Positions 1-9,548 of a DNA stretch of 64,000 nucleotides are shown here, piece after piece; the stretch's first letter is position 1; each line of letters opens with the position of its first letter. The position numbers and the translations under genes were made by a program. The notes beneath the pieces are model-generated. The model made no database searches. It was not told the origin of the DNA and saw only the letters and a program-made list of their open reading frames with translations. This DNA is from Promethearchaeota archaeon (lineage in GTDB: Archaea > Asgardarchaeota > Lokiarchaeia > Sigyniarchaeales > SOKP01): contig JBHLLU010000006.1 in the NCBI GenBank assembly GCA_048938895.1, forward strand, positions 1 to 64,000, written 5' to 3'.

Positions 1-850
1 TCTCAAAAATTCCTCCAGCAACATTCCGTATCGACCAGTGGCAATCTGCATCATACCTGAAAAAATAATCTATGGTGGAGAGGAAATCTCGCTTTTTTTT
101 CATCGCACTTTTGTAATAAATATCGTAGAAATATTTACTCTTGTAAGGAGCTTCTTTCTCATCAACGAAGCTGGCAACGCAGAGCAAGTTCATATTCTCG
201 GAGAAGATAAGCCCGTCCATCATTTCAATATCCTGCTTTTTGTAGTGTTGCTTGATAGCTTCCATGTATTCTCTAAAGGTATCGTAACGGATGTAATCGA
301 TGCGGACGCACTCTTTTGCTGGAACGAGTCTGAACTTCAGGAGCGTGATGATTGCTATCGTGCCGAAACTCCCGTGCAGCATCTCGAATATTTCATGGTT
401 ATCACTTTTCGTGCATAACATTATGTCACCTGTTCCTGTCACAATCTCTATTTCTTCACAGGAATCGAAAAATCCCCCATACTTGAAAGACATGGATTCA
501 ACTGAACATCCTGCTACTGCCCCGCCTATCGTGATTCCCTTGAGCTCGGAAACACATTGCGGTACAAGCCCATACTTTAAGGTTTCTCTTGCAAGCCTAA
601 CAAAAGTAACCCCTGCTTCTGCAATACACGTCCTTGTATCCGTGTTTATCTCAATAATGTCTGTAAGTGACTTCACGTCTATCGGCTTGTCACTATAGAT
701 CGGGTTATCCGGCTGTGGAGCCATGTGGGAAACGCTCGCCTTTTTTAGAGAGAAATATTCCCCCGGCTTCGCGTTATCGTACGCATTTCTAACCATTTCA
801 GAGATCGCTTCTACTTTTCTTTTATGTATTGCTAGTTTTTCTTCGCTCAT
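1..850 (-). CDS. FAD-binding oxidoreductase, delta24-sterol reductase (DHCR24)-like; truncated by the window edge; absent from the ORF track
   Basis: Manual translation from ATG 850: MSEEKLAIHKRKVEAIS...CIAEAGVTF...PQCVSELKGITIGGAVAGCSVESMSFKYGGFFDSC...GSFGTIAIIT...DYFFRYDADCHW. The frame is open to base 1 and carries FAD_binding_4 motifs. Confidence 0.8.
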   Translation of the reverse strand, partial: MSEEKLAIHKRKVEAISEMVRNAYDNAKPGEYFSLKKASVSHMAPQPDNPIYSDKPIDVKSLTDIIEINTDTRTCIAEAGVTFVRLARETLKYGLVPQCVSELKGITIGGAVAGCSVESMSFKYGGFFDSCEEIEIVTGTGDIMLCTKSDNHEIFEMLHGSFGTIAIITLLKFRLVPAKECVRIDYIRYDTFREYMEAIKQHYKKQDIEMMDGLIFSENMNLLCVASFVDEKEAPYKSKYFYDIYYKSAMKKKRDFLSTIDYFFRYDADCHWSIRNVAGGIFE

Positions 851-1253
851 GTCGAACACAGGGTTGGGATTATTGCACATGCAACATTAGTTTTCTTGTT
901 GATTCAGGTTAAGATAATGAATATTATTGATTGTTGTTTAAACTATTGTTTAAATAACAAAGCAAAAAATAAAAAATTACCTATTTGAAACTAAATCTCA
1001 AAAGTATGATTCTCTTATTAAAAATTTCAGCTATGATTAATAAAATTACATAGCATACAAAATAATCTCACGTATTTAGAATACGGTTGAAATACAAAAC
1101 TATAATCTATTTAACAGACATAATAATTATCTCTTTTTGTCTATAAAAACCTGTTTTTCACTTTTTACTTAGTTCGAAGTTCTCGGAAAGTTATGAAATA
1201 TAAACTATAAATGGAAGTGTATCTAAATTAAAATTAAGAAAAGAAAAATATTA

Positions 1254-1454
1254 GTGAAAAAAAAAATGGCTGAAAAAATAAGGTCGGATATAAGATATTA
1301 TGAATTCCTTTATGCAATACAAGATATCTCTCAAAATTCACATTCTATCCAGAAAAAAGTCATAACTCAAGTTTTCGAGAATTATGATGTTTGTCATTTT
1401 ATTAACAAGCTAAATAGACAAATTGCACATCTTGATGGATTAATTTCTATATAA
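1254..1454 (+). CDS. small hypothetical protein
   Basis: 66-aa ORF with no recognisable motif. Confidence 0.35.
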   Translation: MKKKMAEKIRSDIRYYEFLYAIQDISQNSHSIQKKVITQVFENYDVCHFINKLNRQIAHLDGLISI

Positions 1455-1499
1455 AAATCATATTAATTTAAAATTACAAAAAAAGAGGTGGTATGAAAA

Positions 1500-1550
1500 A
1501 TGTTTGCTTTACTATATTACATCATACTTGTTATCGCCGCAGTATTCTAA
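1500..1550 (+). CDS. putative 16-aa hydrophobic micropeptide MFALLYYIILVIAAVF
   Basis: GAGGTG SD at 1485-1490, 9 nt before ATG; wholly hydrophobic; followed by a hairpin and T-tract. Confidence 0.45.
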   Translation: MFALLYYIILVIAAVF

Positions 1551-1566
1551 GAGTACTGAGGGAAGC

Positions 1567-1606
1567 CTTCTAGTAAAAAAAATTACTAGAAGCTTATCTT
1601 TTTTTT
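1567..1606 (+). terminator. hairpin plus T-tract terminator
   Basis: Perfect 10-bp stem CTTCTAGTAA (1567-1576)/TTACTAGAAG (1583-1592), followed by T8. Confidence 0.6.
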
Positions 1607-1691
1607 ACTTATTTTTTATTCTTTTTTTAATTGTCAAAATATAGATTTATAAATGTTAAAAGCATAATAATTTAATTAAGGGTGTGCTCAA

Positions 1692-3317
1692 TTGAGAAAG
1701 GCTATTCAAAGATTTTTGATTATAAGTATAATAATATCAAATTTTATGCTCATTCTTTCACCAGTATTGGCTTTAGAAGAATCCATATCTTTTATAGCAA
1801 TTGAAGATGCAACAGTCGATAAAAACAATCCTGATACAAATTATGGTGGTGAAAACGATCTAAAAGTTGCTCATGGTACAAATTGGTATGAATCCTTCCT
1901 GAAATTTAATTTAACTGGTGTTCCAGATAATTTCACAAGGGCAGTCTTAAAAGTAAAAATCATCTCGTTTGAAGCAAATAATACTTTAAGGGTTTTCAGA
2001 ACCGGGAATGAATGGAGTGAATTTAATATTACATGGAATAACCGACCTTCAAAAGAGATCGGCATTCTCCCGCCTAGAAAAATTACTAAAAAGGGTACAT
2101 ACTTAATTGATTTAACATTTGGATTTGATTATGCAATGCTTGGATATCCAAGTACTCTTTTGCTTGAATCATTAATTTGGTCTATTTGTATCAATACAAA
2201 TGATGATAATACCATAAGCATGGCTTCAAAACAGGGAGATAATAGATATTTTCCTCCTAAATTAATTTTTTATTATGAAGTGAGTAATATCCCTATTTTT
2301 TGGGGGGGAACTATTGGAACATTGATTATAATAGGAGTTATTCTTGGAGTTAGTTGGTATTTCCTGAAAATTAAAGGCTTGAAACGAATTTCTCCATTGG
2401 ATCAGCAACCTAAAGCATCAATCCAGCAATTAGATACTCAAGAAATAGAAGTTCAGGAAGAACTACCGAAAATAGCAACCAAAGACTTGATCTCTAACAA
2501 ACAAGACAAACTATGGCCTCCAAAGTTTTCCATAGGATTACCACTCATAGCTACTTTGGTAATGAACCTCGTACTTTTAGGATTATTGATTATATTGGCA
2601 CTTATTTGGTCCAATCCAAACGTTTTAACCCAGTTATCCTTGCTTTCACCTTTTGTCTCAGTAATATCTCTATTTTCTATAATTTTCGTAATCTTTCCAA
2701 TATTACATGTACGAAAGTATCTTGAAGAACCAACAGTTAAAAATAGTCTAATTTTACTAGGATTTACCTCAAGAGGATTTACTAGAAATGGAATCATAAA
2801 AGAAATTTTAATGGGAATCGGTTTTGCAATACTAGGATTTTTAATGGTATTATTGATTCAGAATTCTCTCTCTCAATTTATAGAAATTGTATTTGGGATT
2901 GAGTTAGAGAAAGAAGTTTCAGATCCAACGGTCGCTAGCCTACCCAATGACATACCTAGCTTAATATTTTCTATAGTAACAATATTATTGATTGTAGCAC
3001 CCACAGAAGAAATTCTATTTAGAGGTTTTATGCAAAAAGGATTAGTTCGAAGAGTGGGAACAATCTGGGGAATAATTATTACAGCTTATATTTTTTCGAT
3101 GATACACCTTTCTGGCGTATTTTTACTTACATATGAAAGACCTTTAATTCTCCTCCTTTCGTATATAGCAACATTCTTGCCCTATTTTTGTATTTCTTTG
3201 ATGCTTGGGTTAATTTACCATTGGCGTAATGAAAACTTAATAGCAGTTATAATTATACATGGACTTTATAACACTATCACTATTATTTATGCTGTAATTT
3301 TACTGGGTCTCGTTTAA
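1692..3317 (+). CDS. DNRLRE-like extracellular domain fused to a CPBP (CAAX/Abi) intramembrane metalloprotease
   Basis: Signal peptide; EDATVDKNNPDTNYG..ESFLKF..W.E..ITWNNRP; TM helix; C-terminal multi-TM domain with EEILFRG, FSMIH, HGLYN. Confidence 0.8.
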   Translation: MRKAIQRFLIISIIISNFMLILSPVLALEESISFIAIEDATVDKNNPDTNYGGENDLKVAHGTNWYESFLKFNLTGVPDNFTRAVLKVKIISFEANNTLRVFRTGNEWSEFNITWNNRPSKEIGILPPRKITKKGTYLIDLTFGFDYAMLGYPSTLLLESLIWSICINTNDDNTISMASKQGDNRYFPPKLIFYYEVSNIPIFWGGTIGTLIIIGVILGVSWYFLKIKGLKRISPLDQQPKASIQQLDTQEIEVQEELPKIATKDLISNKQDKLWPPKFSIGLPLIATLVMNLVLLGLLIILALIWSNPNVLTQLSLLSPFVSVISLFSIIFVIFPILHVRKYLEEPTVKNSLILLGFTSRGFTRNGIIKEILMGIGFAILGFLMVLLIQNSLSQFIEIVFGIELEKEVSDPTVASLPNDIPSLIFSIVTILLIVAPTEEILFRGFMQKGLVRRVGTIWGIIITAYIFSMIHLSGVFLLTYERPLILLLSYIATFLPYFCISLMLGLIYHWRNENLIAVIIIHGLYNTITIIYAVILLGLV

Positions 3318-3448
3318 CAGTAAGAATTTGAATTAATAAGCAGTGCTACTCTATGGTGGAACAGTAATATATATTAGGTGTAGAGGCAAAATCAATAAAT
3401 AAAGGGAATTCACCTATAATTCTCCTATAGAAAGGCTCTAATTTAGGA

Positions 3449-3847
3449 TTACTTATAGTTTAATTGTACAAACTCTATAATATAACCGAGGGTGTCTGTA
3501 GCATCATAGTATACAAATTTTGCCGGTCCAATTATACCTTTATTCACTTGTTTAAAACCCTTTGAATCCCATTCTTTAATTTTCTCATCAACATCATCAA
3601 CTTGAAAACCTATATGATGAAGTCCTACATTCCCGTTCTTCAAAAACTCATAAAAAATTGAATTTTCGTCTTGAGGTTCAATTATATCTATCTGCAATCT
3701 TCCAATCATAGCTCTCGCAACTTTAACAACAATATAATTAAATCGAGCAAACTCTTCAATACTAAAAAGATCCTTGAATTTTTTTATTGCTTCTTCCCCA
3801 TCTTTGTATACATATCCAAAATGATGAATTTCACCAAACATAATCAA
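3449..3847 (-). CDS. VOC/glyoxalase family protein (methylmalonyl-CoA epimerase-like)
   Basis: IHHFG, GLHHIGF, IIEF metal-ligand pattern. Confidence 0.8.
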   Translation of the reverse strand: MIMFGEIHHFGYVYKDGEEAIKKFKDLFSIEEFARFNYIVVKVARAMIGRLQIDIIEPQDENSIFYEFLKNGNVGLHHIGFQVDDVDEKIKEWDSKGFKQVNKGIIGPAKFVYYDATDTLGYIIEFVQLNYK

Positions 3848-3850
3848 AAC

Positions 3851-4414
3851 TCACTTTTGTTTTAATTCAGACCCACAATATTCACAAATAAATTGATTTG
3901 GATCAGAACTTCTTTTCCCACAATAAGAACATATAAGAAATTTATTTTCTCTGGCAATTTGAGGTATAGGTATCTTGGTTTCTTTAGGTGCTAAAGAAAT
4001 ATATTTATTAAAACTGGCTTTCTCCCCCTCTTTATGTGATGCAATTATCACTTTATGAAATCCTGGAGTAATATTTGGCCGATTAGGGACAATCAATCCA
4101 AATTTATCTCCAATCTTCAAGGATTTATCATAAATTTCTAAAGTTTCTTTATTAGGATAAATCTTATCATCCAATTTAACATCGTAATCAAAAGGAAATG
4201 TGGTTGCATCATATATAACAACATCATTAATTTTTAAAATCAAATTTTCTAAATATTCCTTCAATGTCTGATTTTGTATAACTGGGGGTAAATCAAATTC
4301 TAATGAGTCACCCAAAATGGAAATATGTACCCATCGTTTAGTAATTAAACTAGGTATTTTTTTAACCCTTTCTCGGATATTTTTAATATTCTCTATAAAC
4401 TTGGACATATGCAT
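3851..4414 (-). CDS. hypothetical protein with C-terminal zinc ribbon
   Basis: CSYCG...CEYCG. Confidence 0.7.
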   Translation of the reverse strand: MHMSKFIENIKNIRERVKKIPSLITKRWVHISILGDSLEFDLPPVIQNQTLKEYLENLILKINDVVIYDATTFPFDYDVKLDDKIYPNKETLEIYDKSLKIGDKFGLIVPNRPNITPGFHKVIIASHKEGEKASFNKYISLAPKETKIPIPQIARENKFLICSYCGKRSSDPNQFICEYCGSELKQK

Positions 4415-4640
4415 AGGAAATCATTTATTTTGTTAAAATTTTACCCCATCATTCATTCGTTTTTATTAAAAAGTGACTAAAACTTGGAATTATTTTTTAT
4501 CTAATAACACAGAATAATTCTGCTCAACTTAAATTTAAAAATGCAAAATACCATGTATCTATAAAGGCTTTGTTCTTAAGAATATATTTTGTGCAAATTG
4601 TGTATTTATTAGTCAACAATTTTTTTAGGATGAAATTGAA

Positions 4641-5015
4641 ATGAGTAAAGTAGAAGAAGTAACAAAAATTTTACAGGAACTTGAAGGAAAAGTGTCTGAT
4701 ATAATTGGTTCTGCTGTAATAAGAACAAATGGATTAGTGATTGCTTCAGCATTACCAAGTGAGGCTAATGAAAGGATGATTGCGGCGATGTCAGCAGCTC
4801 TTTTAGGTACATCCAAAAGATCAGCAGAAGCACTCTTTAACGGTAATTTTGTCAGTTTGAACTTGGAACTTGACAAAGGAAACATGTTTCTAATTGGAGC
4901 GGGGCGTGTTATTCTAGTTGCAATAACAAGGAAAGAACCTAATATTGGATTAATTACATTAGAAATGGAAGATACTAGTAAAAAAATAAATGACATATTT
5001 AAACTGGAGGAGTGA
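4641..5015 (+). CDS. roadblock/LC7 (MglB-like) protein
   Basis: GSAVIRTNGLVIASAL..IAAMSAALLG..PNIGLI; AGGATGA RBS upstream. Confidence 0.9.
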   Translation: MSKVEEVTKILQELEGKVSDIIGSAVIRTNGLVIASALPSEANERMIAAMSAALLGTSKRSAEALFNGNFVSLNLELDKGNMFLIGAGRVILVAITRKEPNIGLITLEMEDTSKKINDIFKLEE

Positions 5016-5021
5016 GAAATC

Positions 5022-5492
5022 TTGAGTGAAAGACTAAAGCAAAGATTAAAACAATTAAAGTTTATATCATCGATGTTTAGTATGGCTATGGATGAGTTTA
5101 ATAATGTAATGGGACCAGAAACGATACAGACAATTTTTAGGTTAATAGGCGAACGTCAAGGAGAAGCTGTTGAAAAAAGATTGAAAGAAATATATAATAT
5201 TGATAAATGGACTCCTGAGTTATTTGCTGAAAAGCTAACTCATGATATTATTGATCCTGCAGTAGGAACTGGGGCCACTGAAATCAAGGTAGATGGAAAT
5301 GAATTAATAGTTACAATTAAAGATTGTCCATTCAAAAGGGCAGGAATTAGGATTTCGAATAAGTTTTATTGTACCTACACAGAAGGATTAATTGAGACTG
5401 CTGTTAAGCATGCATTAGAAAATATTGAGTTTAAGAGTTTAAAACTAAGAGCAGTCGATAACTGCGATTGTAGTTTTCTTATTAAGGTTTAA
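5022..5492 (+). CDS. V4R / MetOD1-like domain protein
   Basis: IGERQG; CPF..YCTYTEGLIE..CDCSF cysteine pattern. Confidence 0.7.
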   Translation: MSERLKQRLKQLKFISSMFSMAMDEFNNVMGPETIQTIFRLIGERQGEAVEKRLKEIYNIDKWTPELFAEKLTHDIIDPAVGTGATEIKVDGNELIVTIKDCPFKRAGIRISNKFYCTYTEGLIETAVKHALENIEFKSLKLRAVDNCDCSFLIKV

Positions 5493-5570
5493 ACTATAAA
5501 TTTTTTAGATTATAACTTTAAGTTTTTATTAAAGTATTTTTTTATTTTAAATTTCACATTTAATACAACA

Positions 5571-6299
5571 ATGATTCTTGCGATTTTGATTTTAAAGAGA
5601 ACTGGAGAGAATATATGTAGCCGATCATACGGTCCTACAAAATGGGATGAAACTTTAACAAGTGGATTTATTTCTGCAACGTTTGATTTTACTCAGAAAA
5701 CTTTTGGCACTGAAATTCAAGATATTGAATTAGGACCATACAGAATTTCATTTGAACTCACAAAAGATTTCATTATAGTGGCATTTTATGAAAAATCTGA
5801 TAGTATTATAAATATTCAAGAGAAATTGCTTGAATTAAAAGATAATATTTATACACAGTATAAAGATGTATTAAAAGATCCTTCCTGGTGTTTGGAAGAT
5901 TTTAAGGGATTGGGGGAGATAGTTGATAAAATTATAGCTGAATATTATGATATTGATATTGAGGAAGATTTAAGAAAACAATATAGAGATATTTTAGATA
6001 ATTTTCGCTCAAATGCAGAAATCTTAGATTGTGATTTAATAACAAGCTCAGGAGTCCCCTTAACTAAGGAATGGAATAAAGAATTCTTAGATCTATGCTT
6101 AAGAATGATTGATGCATTTTGGAAGTCTCAACAATATGTATTGGATCAAATTATTCTCTCTTACGAACAACGAACCTTAATTTTACATAAAGTTAATGAT
6201 AATTTTGTACTTTCTGCACTCATAAGAAGAAATACCCCAATTGGGATGGCTACATACTTAGTAGAAGAAACTTCAGAAAATATTGCAAAATTGGGGTAA
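5571..6299 (+). CDS. longin-like plus roadblock-like two-domain protein
   Basis: N-terminal ILILKRTGENI..DETLTSGFISA (Asgard longin type); C-terminal CDLITSSGVPL..PIGMATYLVEETSENI (roadblock type). Confidence 0.7.
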   Translation: MILAILILKRTGENICSRSYGPTKWDETLTSGFISATFDFTQKTFGTEIQDIELGPYRISFELTKDFIIVAFYEKSDSIINIQEKLLELKDNIYTQYKDVLKDPSWCLEDFKGLGEIVDKIIAEYYDIDIEEDLRKQYRDILDNFRSNAEILDCDLITSSGVPLTKEWNKEFLDLCLRMIDAFWKSQQYVLDQIILSYEQRTLILHKVNDNFVLSALIRRNTPIGMATYLVEETSENIAKLG

Positions 6300-6331
6300 A
6301 TAATTAAATTATATGGATAAGGTAATCAAAA

Positions 6332-6739
6332 ATGGGATTTTTATCAAAAATTTTCGGTAAAAAAGAAGTAAAAGGTATCCAGGAAATTGAATTGGAAATG
6401 CAAAAACTTAAGAAAAAAGTAGATGCTGAAATGATTGCTATAGTTGGAATTGGAGGACGATTAAAAGGCTTACCCCTAATCTATACCTCTGATGATGATT
6501 CTAACCTTAAGCAGATATCTGCACGATTATATGAAATAATCGAACCATTGAATAACCTTGCGACTGAGAGATTGTTAAAAGATCTAATAATAAATTATGA
6601 TACCTCTACTCTATTTTTTAAACAAATTATGAAAAATATTGGATATTTTGTAATTTTTCATGAAAAAAGTAATCTTCTAACCTTAAAACAATGGATTTAT
6701 AAAAAAGAAGAGATTTTGAAAGAATTGCTTCACGATTAG
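6332..6739 (+). CDS. divergent roadblock/longin-superfamily protein
   Basis: Helix, IAIVG..GLPLIY, helix, beta strands, helix topology; lies in the roadblock cluster. Confidence 0.5.
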   Translation: MGFLSKIFGKKEVKGIQEIELEMQKLKKKVDAEMIAIVGIGGRLKGLPLIYTSDDDSNLKQISARLYEIIEPLNNLATERLLKDLIINYDTSTLFFKQIMKNIGYFVIFHEKSNLLTLKQWIYKKEEILKELLHD

Positions 6740-6799
6740 ATCTTTTTCTTCTAGAAAGATCGTACTGTTCTTAGGAAGGTTATTGATATAAAAAATAAT

Positions 6800-7597
6800 T
6801 TAAATTTTATTCATATAGTTTAAGAATGCCTTAACAACCATGTGAAATTTCGGATCAGGCACAACGGTTAAATGATCTTTCCCTTGGATTTGAAAATGAC
6901 ATGCATCAGGAACTAATTGAGCTACTAAGGTTTTATTTCCTGGTATAGTTTCGTTTGATCCTACAACTGTCAATACAGGAACATCTAATTTTTTCAGAAC
7001 TTCTTTAATCTGGTCAGAAGAAGCTGCAGTTTCAAATTGTTCTAGAGTTCCACCTTCCACAGCAGCTAAAGCAGCTAAATCATTCCCTCGCATTTCTGCA
7101 TATTGACGAAATTGACGTGCCATAGGATCCTTCACTAGTTCAATATTATCCACTTTAAACGCTTCGATTCTTCTTTTTATACCTTTTCTAAAATCGTTTC
7201 TTGCTTTTTCATCCTCTCTTAAGTTTAAAACAAAACCTCCAAGGATGGCAGAAATAAAGATCTTTGGTTTTTTTAACAATAATCGATATGTAATAAGTGC
7301 ACCCATAGAATATCCAAATACGTTAGCTTTCTCAATAGAAAGGTGTTCTAATAACTTTACGGCATCATCTTGCATTTTTTGACCATAAGATGCTTTATTA
7401 TAAGGTTTATCACTTTTTCCATGACCTCGACAATCTATAAGAATAATTTGATAATTGTCTTTTAGAGCTTTTACCCAACCTGTCTGTTTCCAATTGAGAT
7501 CCATACTTGATGCAAAACCATGGATTAACAATACGGGAGGACCCTCTCCTTCTATTTCATAGTAAATTCTCACATCATCATTAGTAAAAAATGGCAT
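6800..7597 (-). CDS. alpha/beta hydrolase
   Basis: LIHGF, DCRGHGKS, GYSMG nucleophile elbow, C-terminal His. Confidence 0.9.
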   Translation of the reverse strand: MPFFTNDDVRIYYEIEGEGPPVLLIHGFASSMDLNWKQTGWVKALKDNYQIILIDCRGHGKSDKPYNKASYGQKMQDDAVKLLEHLSIEKANVFGYSMGALITYRLLLKKPKIFISAILGGFVLNLREDEKARNDFRKGIKRRIEAFKVDNIELVKDPMARQFRQYAEMRGNDLAALAAVEGGTLEQFETAASSDQIKEVLKKLDVPVLTVVGSNETIPGNKTLVAQLVPDACHFQIQGKDHLTVVPDPKFHMVVKAFLNYMNKI

Positions 7598-7609
7598 ATC
7601 TTCAGATCC

Positions 7610-7888
7610 TCATTCATCTTTAATTCTTTTTAATTCAATTTTTACTAAATTGTATTTATCCATACATTCGAGGTTAACAATGTCTGGATCCCCTCCCCAT
7701 GTTTTAGGAAATGATCCCCCAAATTGAAGCATTATTATATAAGGGAATATATCATGATAAAGGAATCCACACAATCCGCCAGCACTATGACCACTCAATT
7801 CTATTTTATCTCCTACTTTATGGCCGGCATTACAACTCCCTTTTACCTCTTTAATGGTTCCTACAACTCGATATCCAACTTGACTCAT
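7610..7888 (-). CDS. TIGR04076-like small Cys protein
   Basis: VKGSCNAGHKVGD..GLC..FPY..CMD..VKIEL pattern. Confidence 0.7.
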   Translation of the reverse strand: MSQVGYRVVGTIKEVKGSCNAGHKVGDKIELSGHSAGGLCGFLYHDIFPYIIMLQFGGSFPKTWGGDPDIVNLECMDKYNLVKIELKRIKDE

Positions 7889-7994
7889 AAATTTTACTCC
7901 TATTTTTAAATTTTTAAATAATTATAAGTTAAATTATATCTAGTGTTATTAGTATACAATTTATATAAATCAACTAGATTATCTCTAGTGTTTA

Positions 7995-9500
7995 GTGATT
8001 AAAATGTCAAATTTAAAAGAATTAGGAGAACCTGAAGAATTTTGGGATTATTTCGAGAAAATTTCGAAAATCCCTCGTTGCTCTAGATTTGAAGAAAAAA
8101 TTAGAAATTTCATCGAGGAAGAAGGGAAGAAGTTCGGGTTTAAAACTAAAATAGATAAGATTGGTAATCTGGCAATTAATATTCCTGCAAAATCAACTGA
8201 AAAAGAAAAATTAATCTTACAATGTCATATGGATATGGTTTGTGAGAAGAATGATGATGTAATTCACGATTTCTCAAAAGATCCATTGAAATTAAAGATT
8301 ATAGAAATTGGGAACGATAAGTGGTTAACTGCTGAGGGTACAACTCTTGGAGCTGATGATGGAAATGGAATATGTTTTAATCTCGCTATTATGAAAAATT
8401 TACACGAAGGAACGTTGAATTTTGAATCATTGAGTTTAACACTTTTGTTTACTGTTCTCGAGGAATTCAATCTCGGTGGTGCAAAAGGAATTGACAAAAA
8501 CTTGGTTGATGGAAATATGATTATCAACCTCGATTCTGGAGGAGAAGGGATGATTACAAATGGCTGCACGGGAGGTATTGGATTCATTGCAGATATTAAA
8601 ACAAAACCAGTTCCTGTTGATAAGCATAAAGGTAAACTTACGCTTTTTAAATTATCCTTGAGTGGTTTAATTGGAGGTCATTCTGGAGGAGATATCAATC
8701 GTGGAAGAGCAAGCGCGAATAAATTATTATGTCATATTTTGTGGAAATTACACCAAAATCACTTGATCTATATCAATTCCATCAATGGAGGATTAGCTGC
8801 AAATGCTATAACGCGAGAATCATATGCGTTAATTTTTGCAAAGGAAGATGAGTTGTTTGAAATAAAATCTACAGTCCAAAATTCCTTTACCGAAATAAAG
8901 ACTAACTACAATGGAATTGAGAAGGATATGAAAATATCAATTGAAGAACTAGAAGATCAAAATGTGGATACTGTATTTTCGAGAAAAATCCAAGGAAAAT
9001 TACTTGATTTATTATTTATTCTTCCAAGTGGTCCTCTATCTATTCATCCAAAGATTAAAGCATATGCATTTGCCTCAACTAATATAGGGATATTAAAAAC
9101 AGAAAGTGAACACATTAGAATACGAATGCTTCATAGAAGTTTTAATAAATATTTTAATACAAGCACTTATGAGCAAGTTTTAACATTATTAAAAATGTCT
9201 GGTCTTGAAATGGAAACTACAATAACAGGAAGTTATCCTCCATGGGAACCCAAATTTGACTCTAAACTTCTAAATATAGCAAAAAGTGCCCATAAAGAAT
9301 TATTTAAAACAGATCCAATAATAATATTGATACAGGGAGGTTTAGAGTGTACACTCTTAATAAATCTAAATCCCAATATGGAAGCAATAGCAATGGGTCC
9401 CACAACAGTAGACGTACACTCACCCAATGAGCGTTTGCGAGTAAATTCTGTTGAGAATACATGGAAACTCCTTTTAAATATTCTAAAAAAATTAGATTAA
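7995..9500 (+). CDS. pepD: M20C aminoacyl-histidine dipeptidase
   Basis: QCHMDMVCEK, GTTLGADDG, EE, NLDS, GGHSG, GGLEC, HSPNE. Confidence 0.9.
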   Translation: MIKMSNLKELGEPEEFWDYFEKISKIPRCSRFEEKIRNFIEEEGKKFGFKTKIDKIGNLAINIPAKSTEKEKLILQCHMDMVCEKNDDVIHDFSKDPLKLKIIEIGNDKWLTAEGTTLGADDGNGICFNLAIMKNLHEGTLNFESLSLTLLFTVLEEFNLGGAKGIDKNLVDGNMIINLDSGGEGMITNGCTGGIGFIADIKTKPVPVDKHKGKLTLFKLSLSGLIGGHSGGDINRGRASANKLLCHILWKLHQNHLIYINSINGGLAANAITRESYALIFAKEDELFEIKSTVQNSFTEIKTNYNGIEKDMKISIEELEDQNVDTVFSRKIQGKLLDLLFILPSGPLSIHPKIKAYAFASTNIGILKTESEHIRIRMLHRSFNKYFNTSTYEQVLTLLKMSGLEMETTITGSYPPWEPKFDSKLLNIAKSAHKELFKTDPIIILIQGGLECTLLINLNPNMEAIAMGPTTVDVHSPNERLRVNSVENTWKLLLNILKKLD

Positions 9501-9548
9501 AAAAGTAAAATTCTTTTTCACTATTATTAAATTTTAAGATGATATCAG

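Noticed and set aside
38-698. Plus-strand ORFs 38-418 and 300-698
   Set aside because: Antisense shadows of the minus-strand FAD oxidoreductase, which carries real motifs.
1493-1573. Alternative 26-aa ORF MKNVCFTILHH...
   Set aside because: Its ATG is only 2 nt from the SD and it runs into the terminator stem; ATG 1500 fits better.
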